64,000 bases of DNA from Clostridiales bacterium (GCA_022508305.1 JAFLVM010000002.1:91729-155728); one strand, 5' to 3'; positions 28,672 through 38,208 are shown, counted from the first letter of the stretch. The notes: generated from the sequence alone by a model not told the origin. Numbers and translations: made by a program.

Positions 28672-29862
28672 TTAATTAGCTCCTTGCGCCACGGGTTCTT
28701 TGTAGAGCAACTTGTCCCAAAAGGTGCTTGCGTCATCAATTTCCGCGTTGGGCGTCTCAATTTCACGCACCACGTAGTTGTTTTTGTCCGCGCCGATTAG
28801 AGTCACGCCGTTTGCAATTATTCTTTGTTTGCCAATGCCCGCATCCTCAAAGCTGACGCTAATGTTGCCTATCGCAACGCTGTCGCCGGGGCACACGCCG
28901 TTGAGTGTTCCCATCTTGTCAATGGTGGCTTTCGTAGTGCCGTCGTACATCTTGCTTTTTACCGTAAGACCCACAACCTCAATTTGTTTGGGGGTAATTT
29001 TGCCGCACACAAAGTCGGGCAAAACGTAGTTGCAAGCGTTTTCGCCGCACAGCTCCACGTTTCCGAGCATGATCAGCTTGTCGCAGCCTACGTTTTTGTT
29101 GTCAAAGTACAGTAAGTCCGTTTGAGCGTACACATTGTCGCCTTTAACAACGTTACTTAAACGTAATTCGGGGTTTTCAACGGTGTTAGTGCCGTCGTAT
29201 ACTTTGCAAATTTCGTTTTCAAGGCAGAGCTGTCTGGGCAGTACCGTAAGCTTGCCGTATTGGTACTGTGTTTCGTAGTCAAGGTAGCAACAATCCTTGT
29301 TTAGACTTATGTCGTACACGCCTACGTCCAGTCTGTCCGCCATGGTCACACAGCTGCCGTCGTAGCAGAAGTCTGCTTCCTCGCCCTCAACGAATCCGCT
29401 AACGGTGTAGTTGATTTCGGGTAGCGTATCGCCGTACACAACCGTAATGTCGGGAACTGTTACTGTCAGCTGCGGTCCAAGCACGTCAACGGTTAGGGTT
29501 TGATGGTAGTTGCCAACCGTTGCAACGACGCTCAGCTTGCCCGTTTCTTTCGGCGTGTATGCAAGCTCTACAACTTCGCCCGCCTTGTAGGCGCCTTCGT
29601 AGACGCGTTCGCCGTTTACCGTCCAAGTTACCATCGCGCCGTCCACGATATTTTCTTTGTTCGGTTCGTAGGTAAACACCTGTTCGCTGCCTCTGCGCGT
29701 TTGCCCAAGCGCCGTAATTTGACCGGAAACGTTTGCAAGATTGTTACTTGCTCTGCGTCCAAGACTGATCAGCAACCAGCCAAATAGTGCAAGTACAACC
29801 ACCACGGTTACGATACCGACAATCAGGTCGATTCTTTCTTCGCTATATTTTTCTTTTCGCAT
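28672..29862 (-). CDS. Membrane-anchored surface protein with MBG-type repeats
   Basis: 396 aa with an N-terminal TM anchor. Repeats match the MBG pattern: VVYGDTLPEINYTVSGFVEGEEADF, KVYDGTNTVENPELRLSNVVKGDNVYA and KMYDGTTKATIDKMGTLNGVCPGDSVAIGNISVSFEDAGIGKQRIIANGVTLIGADKNNYVV. Confidence 0.7.
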   Translation of the reverse strand: MRKEKYSEERIDLIVGIVTVVVVLALFGWLLISLGRRASNNLANVSGQITALGQTRRGSEQVFTYEPNKENIVDGAMVTWTVNGERVYEGAYKAGEVVELAYTPKETGKLSVVATVGNYHQTLTVDVLGPQLTVTVPDITVVYGDTLPEINYTVSGFVEGEEADFCYDGSCVTMADRLDVGVYDISLNKDCCYLDYETQYQYGKLTVLPRQLCLENEICKVYDGTNTVENPELRLSNVVKGDNVYAQTDLLYFDNKNVGCDKLIMLGNVELCGENACNYVLPDFVCGKITPKQIEVVGLTVKSKMYDGTTKATIDKMGTLNGVCPGDSVAIGNISVSFEDAGIGKQRIIANGVTLIGADKNNYVVREIETPNAEIDDASTFWDKLLYKEPVAQGAN

Positions 29863-29937
29863 AATTTCCTCCTGCGCTTAGTATGCCAAGCCGTTGAAAA
29901 AAAATTATAAATTGGCGAAAAAAAGTCTTTTTTGCTA

Positions 29938-29966
29938 TTGACACACACCGTTGACATTATTATAAT
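29938..29966 (+). promoter_or_regulatory. SigA-type promoter upstream of the giant lipoprotein gene
   Basis: TTGACA (29938-29943), 17-nt spacer, TATAAT (29961-29966). This leaves a leader of about 220 nt. Confidence 0.5.
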
Positions 29967-30016
29967 ATATATTATATTGTAACCAAAAAACATATTTCAA
30001 GTGTTTGGGAGGGGAA

Positions 30017-30118
30017 ATGCGCGCAACACCTTTCAAAAACTACTCAATATGCAATTGGCAACGCGAGCATATGTACACCTGTACAGTGCGCGTAGGCTTT
30101 TATACACTAAATTTGTAA
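30017..30118 (+). CDS. Possible 33-aa small ORF in the leader of the giant gene
   Basis: GGGAGGGG (30007-14) sits 2 nt before ATG 30017. Translation is MRATPFKNYSICNWQREHMYTCTVRVGFYTLNL, stop at 30116-18. It is below the ORF-track size cut-off and has no homology evidence. Confidence 0.25.
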   Translation: MRATPFKNYSICNWQREHMYTCTVRVGFYTLNL

Positions 30119-30193
30119 AATCAAGCGCTGCGGGGCAATTTGACGCCTGCGGTGCTTTTGTATTTTAGTCAAAAACAAAAAGGAGAAATCGCA

Positions 30194-33100
30194 ATGAAGA
30201 AATCTATCCGAATTTTGCTGTTGATTGCTCTTGTAGCGGCGCTTGTCTTGTCGCTGGCTGCATGCAATCCCTGCAGAAATGGACACAGCTGGGGCGAATG
30301 GGGCCCGAGTGAGATTGAGGGCAAGGAGGAACGCGTTTGCCGCGTTTGCCGTTTACCGGATTACCGCGACATTGTAGCTTGCGAACACCCGTCCCCCATC
30401 CATCACGATGCAGTACCCGCTGTCTGCATGCCCCAAAGCAGTAGCAACGGCAGTATCGAGTACTGGGAATGCGGCAATTGCAACAAGCTGTTCCGCGATG
30501 CAGCTTGTACAGACGAAATCACGCAAGCAGACACGGTTGTTTTGCCGTCTCACTCGCTTGGAACGTTGCAACCCGCCGTTCCAAGCACGTCCTGTCAACA
30601 AGACGGCACGGTTGCTTACCGCGAGTGTACTGTATGCCACAAGTACTGGGTAAACGAGAATGGCGTCGAACTTGACAGCATCTACGACGGAAACGTAGCG
30701 GCGCACGACTACGGAACTTTGCACCAAGCCGTAGCGGGTGACTGCATGAACAAGGGTACGGTTGCTTACTATCAATGCTCAATGTGCGATCAGTACTTCG
30801 ATTCCAACAAACAGTTGGTCACAAGCATTGACGGCGAGTACGGCAATCACAAGTACGACCAAGACGTTGCGGCAAATGATGCATCCTGCACACAGGACGG
30901 CAACTACGCCTACAAACATTGCGAAATTTGCGACAAGTACTTCAACGGTGAAGGCATTGAAATCAACGAAAACGATTGGGTAATTCCACAGGGTCACCTT
31001 TGGACAGGCGTTGAACCCACGTGGGAATTGAGCGGAAGTACTGCAACGGCAACCTTCGCGTGCGCAAGAAGCTGCGGTCACACCGAACAGGTAACGGACA
31101 GCGATTTGGATTCGACAGTCACGACTCCCGCAACCTGCACAAGCAACAGCAAGAGCGGACTGTCCGCAAGCGTAGTGTTCGAGGGCAACACCTTCACAAA
31201 AGCTTTTGAAGAGGTTGAAAATAATGACACCGCACTTGGTCACAGTTGGAAGTTGGCGGAAACTCCCTACACTTGGGAAGACGCAAGCAAGGTTACGCTT
31301 CACTTCGTTTGTGAAAGAGACTGCGGCTCAACAAAAGACGCTGAAATTTCCGACGGTATTGCAAAAGACCCCGAAGCAAGCTTTGAGGCTGACTGCAACG
31401 CGGAAGGTAAAGACGTTTACAAGGTAACTGTTACCTCGGCAAGCCTGTTGGACGGCATCAAGCTTACCGCTAAAGACGTCTTCGCTTCAAGCGTTGGCGC
31501 AGAAATAACTGCAACCTACGAAGTGACGCTTCCCGCTCGTCACACCTATGGTGCAGGCGATTGGCACGAAGCTAAACGCGGCGCTGACTGTAAAAACGTA
31601 GGCGAAGTAGAGCACTACGTATGCAGCAAATGCGGCGAGTGGCTTGACGCTCAAGGCGAACTAATCCCCGAAGACGAACGCGCAGGCGAGCTTGGCGACC
31701 ACGTTATCGGCGCGCAAGCGATAGTGCAAGCTCCCACCTGCTTGACGAACGGTATCGTTGAGCACTACAAGTGTAGCGTTTGCGAAAAGACCTTCAAAGA
31801 CGTTCTTGGACAACAGGAAATCACCAACCTCGTTGACCCCGCAACAGGTCACAGCTTCCCTGCTACCTGGACGCCCGACAATGCAGGCAAACACTACAAA
31901 GAGTGTCAGAATAACTGTAACGAAGACGGACACAGAGAGGAAGACGATTGCAGCGGTAGTTACACCGAAACACCCGACAAGCTCAGCCACGTATTCACAT
32001 GCGACAAATGCGGCTACAGCGTTACGGCTGCTCACGACTTCGGCAATGCAGAAGAAGGCAGACACGACTGCGAATGCGGTGTAAAGCTGTGTGGCGAGAC
32101 GACGACAACGAAGAGCGCAGACGTCACTCTTACTTCATCAACTTCAGGCGTTGGCACGAGCAACACCGGTGTTGAAGAACAGTCTGTTACGTTCACTGAC
32201 GGCAAATACACGTTCACGTTGACGCTTTCTAAGGGTACTAACAAGACTAACAATCCTATGCGTCATGAAGGTGAGGCTGAAATCAGAGTTTACGGAGCAA
32301 ATACGTTCCAAATCACTGCTCCCGCAGGTATAAAAATAACGAGTGTTGTATTTACTGCATCCGGTACAAGTTACGTCTCGTTGGGAAACGGCGCTTCTGA
32401 CAGTGGTTCAATCACTACCAGCGGCACGACGGTTACGTGGACTAATGCTGGCGGTGTTGGAGCTGTTAAATTCACCAACAACGCAAGCACACAGTTCAGA
32501 TTTAAGAGTTTCGTAGTAACCTACTCCTATGAGGAAAAAGTAGCAGTTGGCGAGCACGTTTGGGACAGCGGTGTTGAACATCAACCCACCTGTACCGAAG
32601 CTGGCTACACCGAGTACACGTGCGTACGCTGCGGATCAACCAACAGAGTGGAAGGCGAAGCGGCAACAGGTCACAGCTGGGAAAACAGCCAACCCACTTG
32701 GACTTGGGATTGGGAGCAAATGTCGGCAACGGCAACCTTCAAGTGCGACAAGTGCGATCACACCGAATCCGTTACGGACAGCGACCTTGAAGTAAACAAA
32801 GTAGCTGATGAAGATTGCGAAAACAACCGCAAAGTTACCTACAAAGCTCAAGTTCAATTCAACGAAAAATCTTTCGAGCAAACGAGCGAACAAAGAGAAA
32901 TCCCGGAAACTGCTCTCGGACACGATTATACGGGAAAAGAGTGGGCTCCTCTTGCAGGAACTGAACAACACTACATGGACTGCACGCGTTGTCAAGAGGC
33001 AGGCAGAAAGACCGCCAACTGCGACAAGGAAGGTTTGGGTTACGAAGAGGACGACGAAGAAGGTCACTGGGTTGTTTGTACGGTATGCGGCAACGACTTT

Positions 33101-35620
33101 GGCAAAGAGACCAAGATTCCTCACGACTACGAAAACGACGATCAAGTTTGCGAATGTGGTAAACCCAGTCCTACGCACGAACACGAGTGGGATACACAAT
33201 GGACTAAGGGGCCGCAAGGTCACTGGCACAAGTGCTTGAGCTGCGACGAAATTCAAGAAGAAGTTGAAGGCGATGGCATTCCTTCTCACACCTACAACAG
33301 CTACAACAGCAACGACGTTGAACACTGGCAAGTTTGCGGCGCATGTAATTACGAAGACGAAGCAAACAAGCAAGATCACGGCTTCACTTACAACGCGAAC
33401 GACAGCGAAAAACACACTGCAACCTGCGATACGTGTAGCAAGACTCTTGAACTCAATCACCAATTTGGAGCATGGACTACCAAGGACGGCGAGGAACATC
33501 AACACACTTGTAGCGATTGTCACGAATCGTACAGCGAACAACATACGCTCACTCGTCAGAACATCGACGACGACCATCAACACCGCGTATTCTGCTCCGA
33601 CTGCGATTACGACGTGCAAGAAGACCACGTATTTGAAGGTAAGGACTGCGTATGTGGCGAACCTTTGTGCGACAAGCGCACCGAGAACGATAATGTAACG
33701 TTCACAGCGGCGGGTTCAGGCTTTAATACGAATAATGGTAAAACCGCATCGATATCTCCTGTAGAGTTTGGCGACGGTAAATTCTCGTTTACAGGTTCTG
33801 TTGGAACCGGCAGTAGTTCGCCTGCGCTATTTACAAGTGAGATAAGGGCTTACGCAAATAACACGCTAACAATTACGGCTCTCTCGGGCGCGAAAATAAA
33901 GAGTATTGTATTTACTGCGTCTTCGGGTTATGCATCGTTAGGTACTGGCGCGGCAAGTAGCGGTTCAATTTCAACCAGTGGCACGACTGTAACGTGGACT
34001 GACGAAAATGGCGTTGACTCCGTTACGTTTACCAACAAGAGCGGTGCTCAATTCCGATTCACGAAATTTGTAGTCACATTCTCAGTTGAAATAGTAAAAG
34101 GTCATCACGTATGGGACGGAGGTCAAGTTCACGAACCTACTTGTACCGAAGCAGGCTACACTGAATTCACTTGTATTCGTTGTAACGCAACCAGAAAGGA
34201 AGCAGGCGAAGGCGCAACAGGTCACGTCTGGGAAAACAGTGAGCCCACTTGGACTTGGGATTGGGCTGCAATGTCCGCAACTGCAACCTTCAAGTGCGAC
34301 AAGTGTGAACACACCGAAACAGTTACGGACAGCCACCTTGAAGAAACTGAAGTAACGCACGAGGATTGCTTGAACAACCGTCAATCTACCTACAAGGCAG
34401 AAATTCAATTCCAAGGCAAATCCTTCGACACAACAAGCGAACAAAGAGAAGTTGTCGGCACGGCTCTCGGTCATGACTACGTTGGACAAAAATGGGCTCC
34501 AGTAGAGGGCGATTATGAACACTACATGGATTGCACCCGTTGCCAAGAGGCAGGTAGAAAGACTGATAGCTGCGACCTTGACGGTTGGGATTACGACGAT
34601 GATACTCACTGGGCAGTTTGCCCAATCTGCGGCAACGACTTTGACAAAGAGTTCGAAGATAGCCACGACTTTGAAGGAAAGGACAAGTGCGAATGCGGTA
34701 AACCAAGCCCGTCACACGTACACAACTGGGCAACCGACGACAATTGGACGTCTGACGTAAGCGGTCACTGGTATGCATGTCTCAACGGCTGTGAAGAAAG
34801 ACAAGGTTTTGTTTCTCACGACTGGGATTCGATAACGGACTACGAGCACGATAACGACTCTCACTGGAAGTATTGCGAAGATTGCCTGTTTGAAAATGAT
34901 TCCGAAGAGGCAAAAGAAGAGCACCAGTTCGACAGCTACAGCTGGAACAGCGGCGACAAGCACAGCGCGCATTGCTCAATTTGTGACTCCAACATCGAAC
35001 TCGACCACAGCAAGGTTCTTGACAGCTCTAAAACAAGCACAGCGGACGTACACTATTTGAAGTGTGCTTTCGGTTGCGGTTGGACTGGCGAAGAAGGACA
35101 CCATTTCACCGATAAAACTTGCGACGACTGCGGTTACGAGAAGAAGGTTACTACTCCAACGGAAGTGTATACTATCGCGTTCAATTCCACAAACAACAGT
35201 GGTAGTGTATCATCGTATACGAACAATTGGTATGTAACTTGCAACGGTTTCAAATGGAATATCGCCAATTGCAACAATAACAACAATGGGTGGGACTACA
35301 TAAAAGCAGGTAGCAAAAGCGCCGCCTCTGTTGCATCTATTACTACAGACAAAGCAATGCCGGAAACAATTACTAAGGTTTGTTTGACCATTGATGCAAT
35401 AACGGCAAGTTCTATCAACAGCATTAAGTTGTACGTTTCGAGTAGTTCTGACTTTACAGGTGTAACAGCAGAGGGTACGTTTACCAAAGCAAAGGGTACT
35501 CAAGAGATTACAATAAGTAATCCTCAGCCTAATCTATACTACAAAATAGAGATAGATTGCGCTAAAGCATCATCAAATGGAACCATAACAATTTCAGGTG
35601 TGTCTTATTGGGGATACTAA
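30194..35620 (+). CDS. Giant (1808 aa) Cys/His-rich surface lipoprotein with duplicated beta-sandwich-like modules
   Basis: ATG 30194 with SD AAAGGAGA. MKKSIRILLLIALVAALVLSLAACNPC (lipobox LAAC). Long arrays of C..C / H..(W/Y) zinc-ribbon-like motifs alternate with three Cys-free modules of about 130-150 aa (for example IRVYGANTFQITAPAGIKITSVVFTASG...FRFKSFVVTYS). Confidence 0.85.
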   Translation: MKKSIRILLLIALVAALVLSLAACNPCRNGHSWGEWGPSEIEGKEERVCRVCRLPDYRDIVACEHPSPIHHDAVPAVCMPQSSSNGSIEYWECGNCNKLFRDAACTDEITQADTVVLPSHSLGTLQPAVPSTSCQQDGTVAYRECTVCHKYWVNENGVELDSIYDGNVAAHDYGTLHQAVAGDCMNKGTVAYYQCSMCDQYFDSNKQLVTSIDGEYGNHKYDQDVAANDASCTQDGNYAYKHCEICDKYFNGEGIEINENDWVIPQGHLWTGVEPTWELSGSTATATFACARSCGHTEQVTDSDLDSTVTTPATCTSNSKSGLSASVVFEGNTFTKAFEEVENNDTALGHSWKLAETPYTWEDASKVTLHFVCERDCGSTKDAEISDGIAKDPEASFEADCNAEGKDVYKVTVTSASLLDGIKLTAKDVFASSVGAEITATYEVTLPARHTYGAGDWHEAKRGADCKNVGEVEHYVCSKCGEWLDAQGELIPEDERAGELGDHVIGAQAIVQAPTCLTNGIVEHYKCSVCEKTFKDVLGQQEITNLVDPATGHSFPATWTPDNAGKHYKECQNNCNEDGHREEDDCSGSYTETPDKLSHVFTCDKCGYSVTAAHDFGNAEEGRHDCECGVKLCGETTTTKSADVTLTSSTSGVGTSNTGVEEQSVTFTDGKYTFTLTLSKGTNKTNNPMRHEGEAEIRVYGANTFQITAPAGIKITSVVFTASGTSYVSLGNGASDSGSITTSGTTVTWTNAGGVGAVKFTNNASTQFRFKSFVVTYSYEEKVAVGEHVWDSGVEHQPTCTEAGYTEYTCVRCGSTNRVEGEAATGHSWENSQPTWTWDWEQMSATATFKCDKCDHTESVTDSDLEVNKVADEDCENNRKVTYKAQVQFNEKSFEQTSEQREIPETALGHDYTGKEWAPLAGTEQHYMDCTRCQEAGRKTANCDKEGLGYEEDDEEGHWVVCTVCGNDFGKETKIPHDYENDDQVCECGKPSPTHEHEWDTQWTKGPQGHWHKCLSCDEIQEEVEGDGIPSHTYNSYNSNDVEHWQVCGACNYEDEANKQDHGFTYNANDSEKHTATCDTCSKTLELNHQFGAWTTKDGEEHQHTCSDCHESYSEQHTLTRQNIDDDHQHRVFCSDCDYDVQEDHVFEGKDCVCGEPLCDKRTENDNVTFTAAGSGFNTNNGKTASISPVEFGDGKFSFTGSVGTGSSSPALFTSEIRAYANNTLTITALSGAKIKSIVFTASSGYASLGTGAASSGSISTSGTTVTWTDENGVDSVTFTNKSGAQFRFTKFVVTFSVEIVKGHHVWDGGQVHEPTCTEAGYTEFTCIRCNATRKEAGEGATGHVWENSEPTWTWDWAAMSATATFKCDKCEHTETVTDSHLEETEVTHEDCLNNRQSTYKAEIQFQGKSFDTTSEQREVVGTALGHDYVGQKWAPVEGDYEHYMDCTRCQEAGRKTDSCDLDGWDYDDDTHWAVCPICGNDFDKEFEDSHDFEGKDKCECGKPSPSHVHNWATDDNWTSDVSGHWYACLNGCEERQGFVSHDWDSITDYEHDNDSHWKYCEDCLFENDSEEAKEEHQFDSYSWNSGDKHSAHCSICDSNIELDHSKVLDSSKTSTADVHYLKCAFGCGWTGEEGHHFTDKTCDDCGYEKKVTTPTEVYTIAFNSTNNSGSVSSYTNNWYVTCNGFKWNIANCNNNNNGWDYIKAGSKSAASVASITTDKAMPETITKVCLTIDAITASSINSIKLYVSSSSDFTGVTAEGTFTKAKGTQEITISNPQPNLYYKIEIDCAKASSNGTITISGVSYWGY
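32089..35150 (+). repeat. Internal tandem duplication (two units of about 1.55 kb) inside the giant gene
   Basis: The block starting at 32669 (GGTCACAGCTGGGAAAACAGCCAACCCACTTGGACTTGGGATTGGGAGCAAATG...) recurs at 34220, an offset of 1551 nt (517 codons). Nucleotide identity is high there and the proteins are co-linear across the whole unit. The boundaries are approximate. Confidence 0.85.
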
Positions 35621-35647
35621 GATAAGTTTATAGTAAAGAGCACAAAA

Positions 35648-35675
35648 GCAAGGGCAATTTGCCCTTGCTTTTTGC
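35648..35675 (+). terminator. Terminator after the giant gene
   Basis: GCAAGGGC (35648-55), AATTT loop, GCCCTTGC (35661-68), then TTTTTGCTTT. Confidence 0.85.
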
Positions 35676-35706
35676 TTTGTTCTTTATGTTTCTTGTGACA
35701 AACAAA

Positions 35707-35736
35707 TAAAAAACTGCCGAATTGCTTTTCGACAGT
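35707..35736 (-). terminator. Terminator after plsX
   Basis: On the minus strand: CTGTCGAA, loop, TTCGGCAG (G-U wobble), followed by a T-run. Confidence 0.6.
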
Positions 35737-35769
35737 TTTGTATTTCATTTAATCAACTTATTGTGTATC

Positions 35770-36795
35770 TTATAGGTTACTTACTTCGCTAGCAAGACGG
35801 ATTTCCTCTGCGATTGCCGTGATTAGCTCGTTCTTTTCCATTGTGTACGCCTGTTTAATGCAGTTGTAGATTGCCGTTTCGTTGCTGCTTCCATGACCTT
35901 TAACAACCGTCTTTGCCGCGCCAAGTAGCACCGCTCCGCCGTAGTTGTTGTAGTCCATCAGGTCTTTTATCTCGTACAGCTTGCTCTTTACAAGCAGCGC
36001 GCCGATTTTGGACTTAAAGCTGCTCTTCATTGCGTTTTTGATGAGCCTCATCAGCTCTATGCAGGTGCCTTCGGTGGATTTCAGCAGTACGTTGCCGCTA
36101 AATCCGTCGCAAACAACGAGGTCAACCTCGCCCTTCAACAGGTCACGCGCTTCCATGTTGCCCACGAAATTGATAGAAGCGGTGTTTTTGAGCAGTTCGT
36201 ACGCTTCTTTTGTCATCGCGTCGCCTTTTTCTTCCTCTACGCCAATGTTAAGCAATGCAACGCGTGGATTTTCAATTCCGAACGCTTTGTTGAGGTACAG
36301 GCTGCCCATCACGGCAAATTGTTGCAGGTACAAGGCGTCGCAGTCTACGTTTGCGCCGCTGTCGCAAATAGATACAATTTTGTTTGGAACAACCGTTGGC
36401 AAAATGGGACAGAAAGCGGGGCGTTTTACTCCGCGAATACGTCCGACGCGCAGTACGGTTCCCGCTAAGAGAGCGCCTGTAGAGCCAATGCTTACCATTG
36501 CCCGCGCCTCGCTGTCACTGCGAAGCAACTCGAACGCTTTGGACATGCTGCTGTCCTTTTTGTTCTTGATGGCTTCCGTCGGTTTGTCGTTGCAAGAAAT
36601 TACGTCTGGCGCGTGGAGCACTTCCAAACGCGATTTGTCGTAACTTTCGGTATCGAGTAGCGGTTGAAGCTGCGCCTCATCGCCTACCAAAACTACTTGC
36701 AAGTCGTCAATTTCCTTCAAAGCGGACACCGCGCCTTTAACGTTTACGACAGGGCTATTGTCGCCGCCCATTGCGTCAACTACAATCTTTATCAT
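35770..36795 (-). CDS. plsX: Phosphate acyltransferase PlsX
   Basis: 341 aa. The N-terminus MIKIVVDAMGGDNSP is the PlsX signature. The length is typical. Confidence 0.93.
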   Translation of the reverse strand: MIKIVVDAMGGDNSPVVNVKGAVSALKEIDDLQVVLVGDEAQLQPLLDTESYDKSRLEVLHAPDVISCNDKPTEAIKNKKDSSMSKAFELLRSDSEARAMVSIGSTGALLAGTVLRVGRIRGVKRPAFCPILPTVVPNKIVSICDSGANVDCDALYLQQFAVMGSLYLNKAFGIENPRVALLNIGVEEEKGDAMTKEAYELLKNTASINFVGNMEARDLLKGEVDLVVCDGFSGNVLLKSTEGTCIELMRLIKNAMKSSFKSKIGALLVKSKLYEIKDLMDYNNYGGAVLLGAAKTVVKGHGSSNETAIYNCIKQAYTMEKNELITAIAEEIRLASEVSNL

Positions 36796-36997
36796 AAGTC
36801 ACCTCGCTTCTCATTTTATCATTTTTGACCGTGTTAGTCAATTATTACCGCCTTAAACCCCATTTCAAACTATACATTTATTTAACAAACATTGACAATT
36901 ACTTCCAAAAATGATAAAATATACATAACTATTGCTTTTGTGACAATAGAAATGAATTTTATAAGAAATATCGCGATAACGCGTGGTCAGAGGACGT

Positions 36998-38119
36998 ATG
37001 ATTGAAATTAGAGAAGTAAAGACGAAAAAAGAGCGCAAGGAATTTGTAGAGTTTCCGCTCAACCTGTACAAAGGCAACGAATATTTCGTTCCACCGCTTT
37101 ACGGTGACGAAATGAGCATTTTCAAGCCCGACTACGTTTACTACGAGCAGGCAGACGCGGTGTACTTCAACGCTTACCGCGACGGCAAGATTGTAGGCCG
37201 TATTTCTGGTATATTGCAGCGCGCTGCAAACAAAAAGTGGAATCAAAAGCAAATTCGCTTTACCCGCTTTGACGCTATTGACGACCAAGAAGTAGCAAAC
37301 GCGCTGTTTGAAGCTGTGGAAAACTGGGGTCGCAGCAAGGGTATGGAGGAAATCGTAGGTCCCTTGGGATTTTCCGACCTCGAACGCGAGGGCTTGCTCA
37401 TTGCCGGTTTTGACCAAATGAACACCTTTGAGGAGCAGTACAACTACCCGTATTACCAAAAGCTGATTGAAAACTGCGGCTACGGCAAGGACGTGGACTG
37501 GGTAGAGCATCAGCTACGCGTACCCGAGGGCGGTTTTGACCCCAAGTATAGGAAAATCGGCGACATGATGCTGCAAAAGTACAACTTGCACTTTGGCGAG
37601 GCGAAGAACACGCGAGAGTTCATCAACAAGTACGCTGAAGACATCTTCAAGATTTGGGATGAAACCTACGACAAAATTTACGGCACGGTACCCTTCACCG
37701 ACAAGCTCAAGAAGTCGATAGTTGCGCAGTTCAAGCTGCTAATCAACAAAAAATACATTCGCGTGCTGTTTGACGAGCACGGAACGATAGTGGCGTTCGG
37801 ATTTCTGTTCCCGTCTATATCGGATGCGGTGCGCCCGTCAGGTGGCAGACTGACGTTACCCTGCATTATCCGAATACTCAAGGCTATTCGTCATCCCAAG
37901 GTGTTGGATTTGGCAATCATCGGCGTAATCGACTCTTACAAGAACAAAGCCCTAAGCGCATCAATGCTTGCAGAGCTTGGCGAAGCCATGATAAGAGACG
38001 GTATTGACCACTGCGAAACCAACCTCAATTTGGAGCACAACATTCCTATTCAAAACGCATGGAAGTACTTTGACGCTTATCAAAACAAACGTCGCCGTTG
38101 CTTTATTAAAAAACTGTAA
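36998..38119 (+). CDS. Conserved hypothetical protein, GNAT-like N-acetyltransferase fold (putative)
   Basis: The N-terminus MIEIREVKTKKERKEFVEFPLNLYKGNEYFVPPLYGDE resembles a family of about 380 aa commonly annotated as GNAT. This rests on recollection only. The start is uncertain (ATG 36998 or GTG 36983). Confidence 0.45.
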   Translation: MIEIREVKTKKERKEFVEFPLNLYKGNEYFVPPLYGDEMSIFKPDYVYYEQADAVYFNAYRDGKIVGRISGILQRAANKKWNQKQIRFTRFDAIDDQEVANALFEAVENWGRSKGMEEIVGPLGFSDLEREGLLIAGFDQMNTFEEQYNYPYYQKLIENCGYGKDVDWVEHQLRVPEGGFDPKYRKIGDMMLQKYNLHFGEAKNTREFINKYAEDIFKIWDETYDKIYGTVPFTDKLKKSIVAQFKLLINKKYIRVLFDEHGTIVAFGFLFPSISDAVRPSGGRLTLPCIIRILKAIRHPKVLDLAIIGVIDSYKNKALSASMLAELGEAMIRDGIDHCETNLNLEHNIPIQNAWKYFDAYQNKRRRCFIKKL

Positions 38120-38134
38120 AATCAACTACTAACA

Positions 38135-38166
38135 AAAGTCCCAACTTTGCTTGGGACTTTATGTTT
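38135..38166 (+). terminator. Terminator
   Basis: AAAGTCCCAA (38135-44), CTTTGC loop, TTGGGACTTT (38151-60). Confidence 0.7.
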
Positions 38167-38179
38167 GGGTTTTGTGGAG

Positions 38180-38208
38180 TTTGACAAGAAGATATATTTA
38201 TTGTATAA
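38180..38208 (+). promoter_or_regulatory. SigA-type promoter for the 1011-aa lipoprotein gene
   Basis: TTGACA (38180-85), 17-nt spacer, TATAAA (38203-08). Confidence 0.55.
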
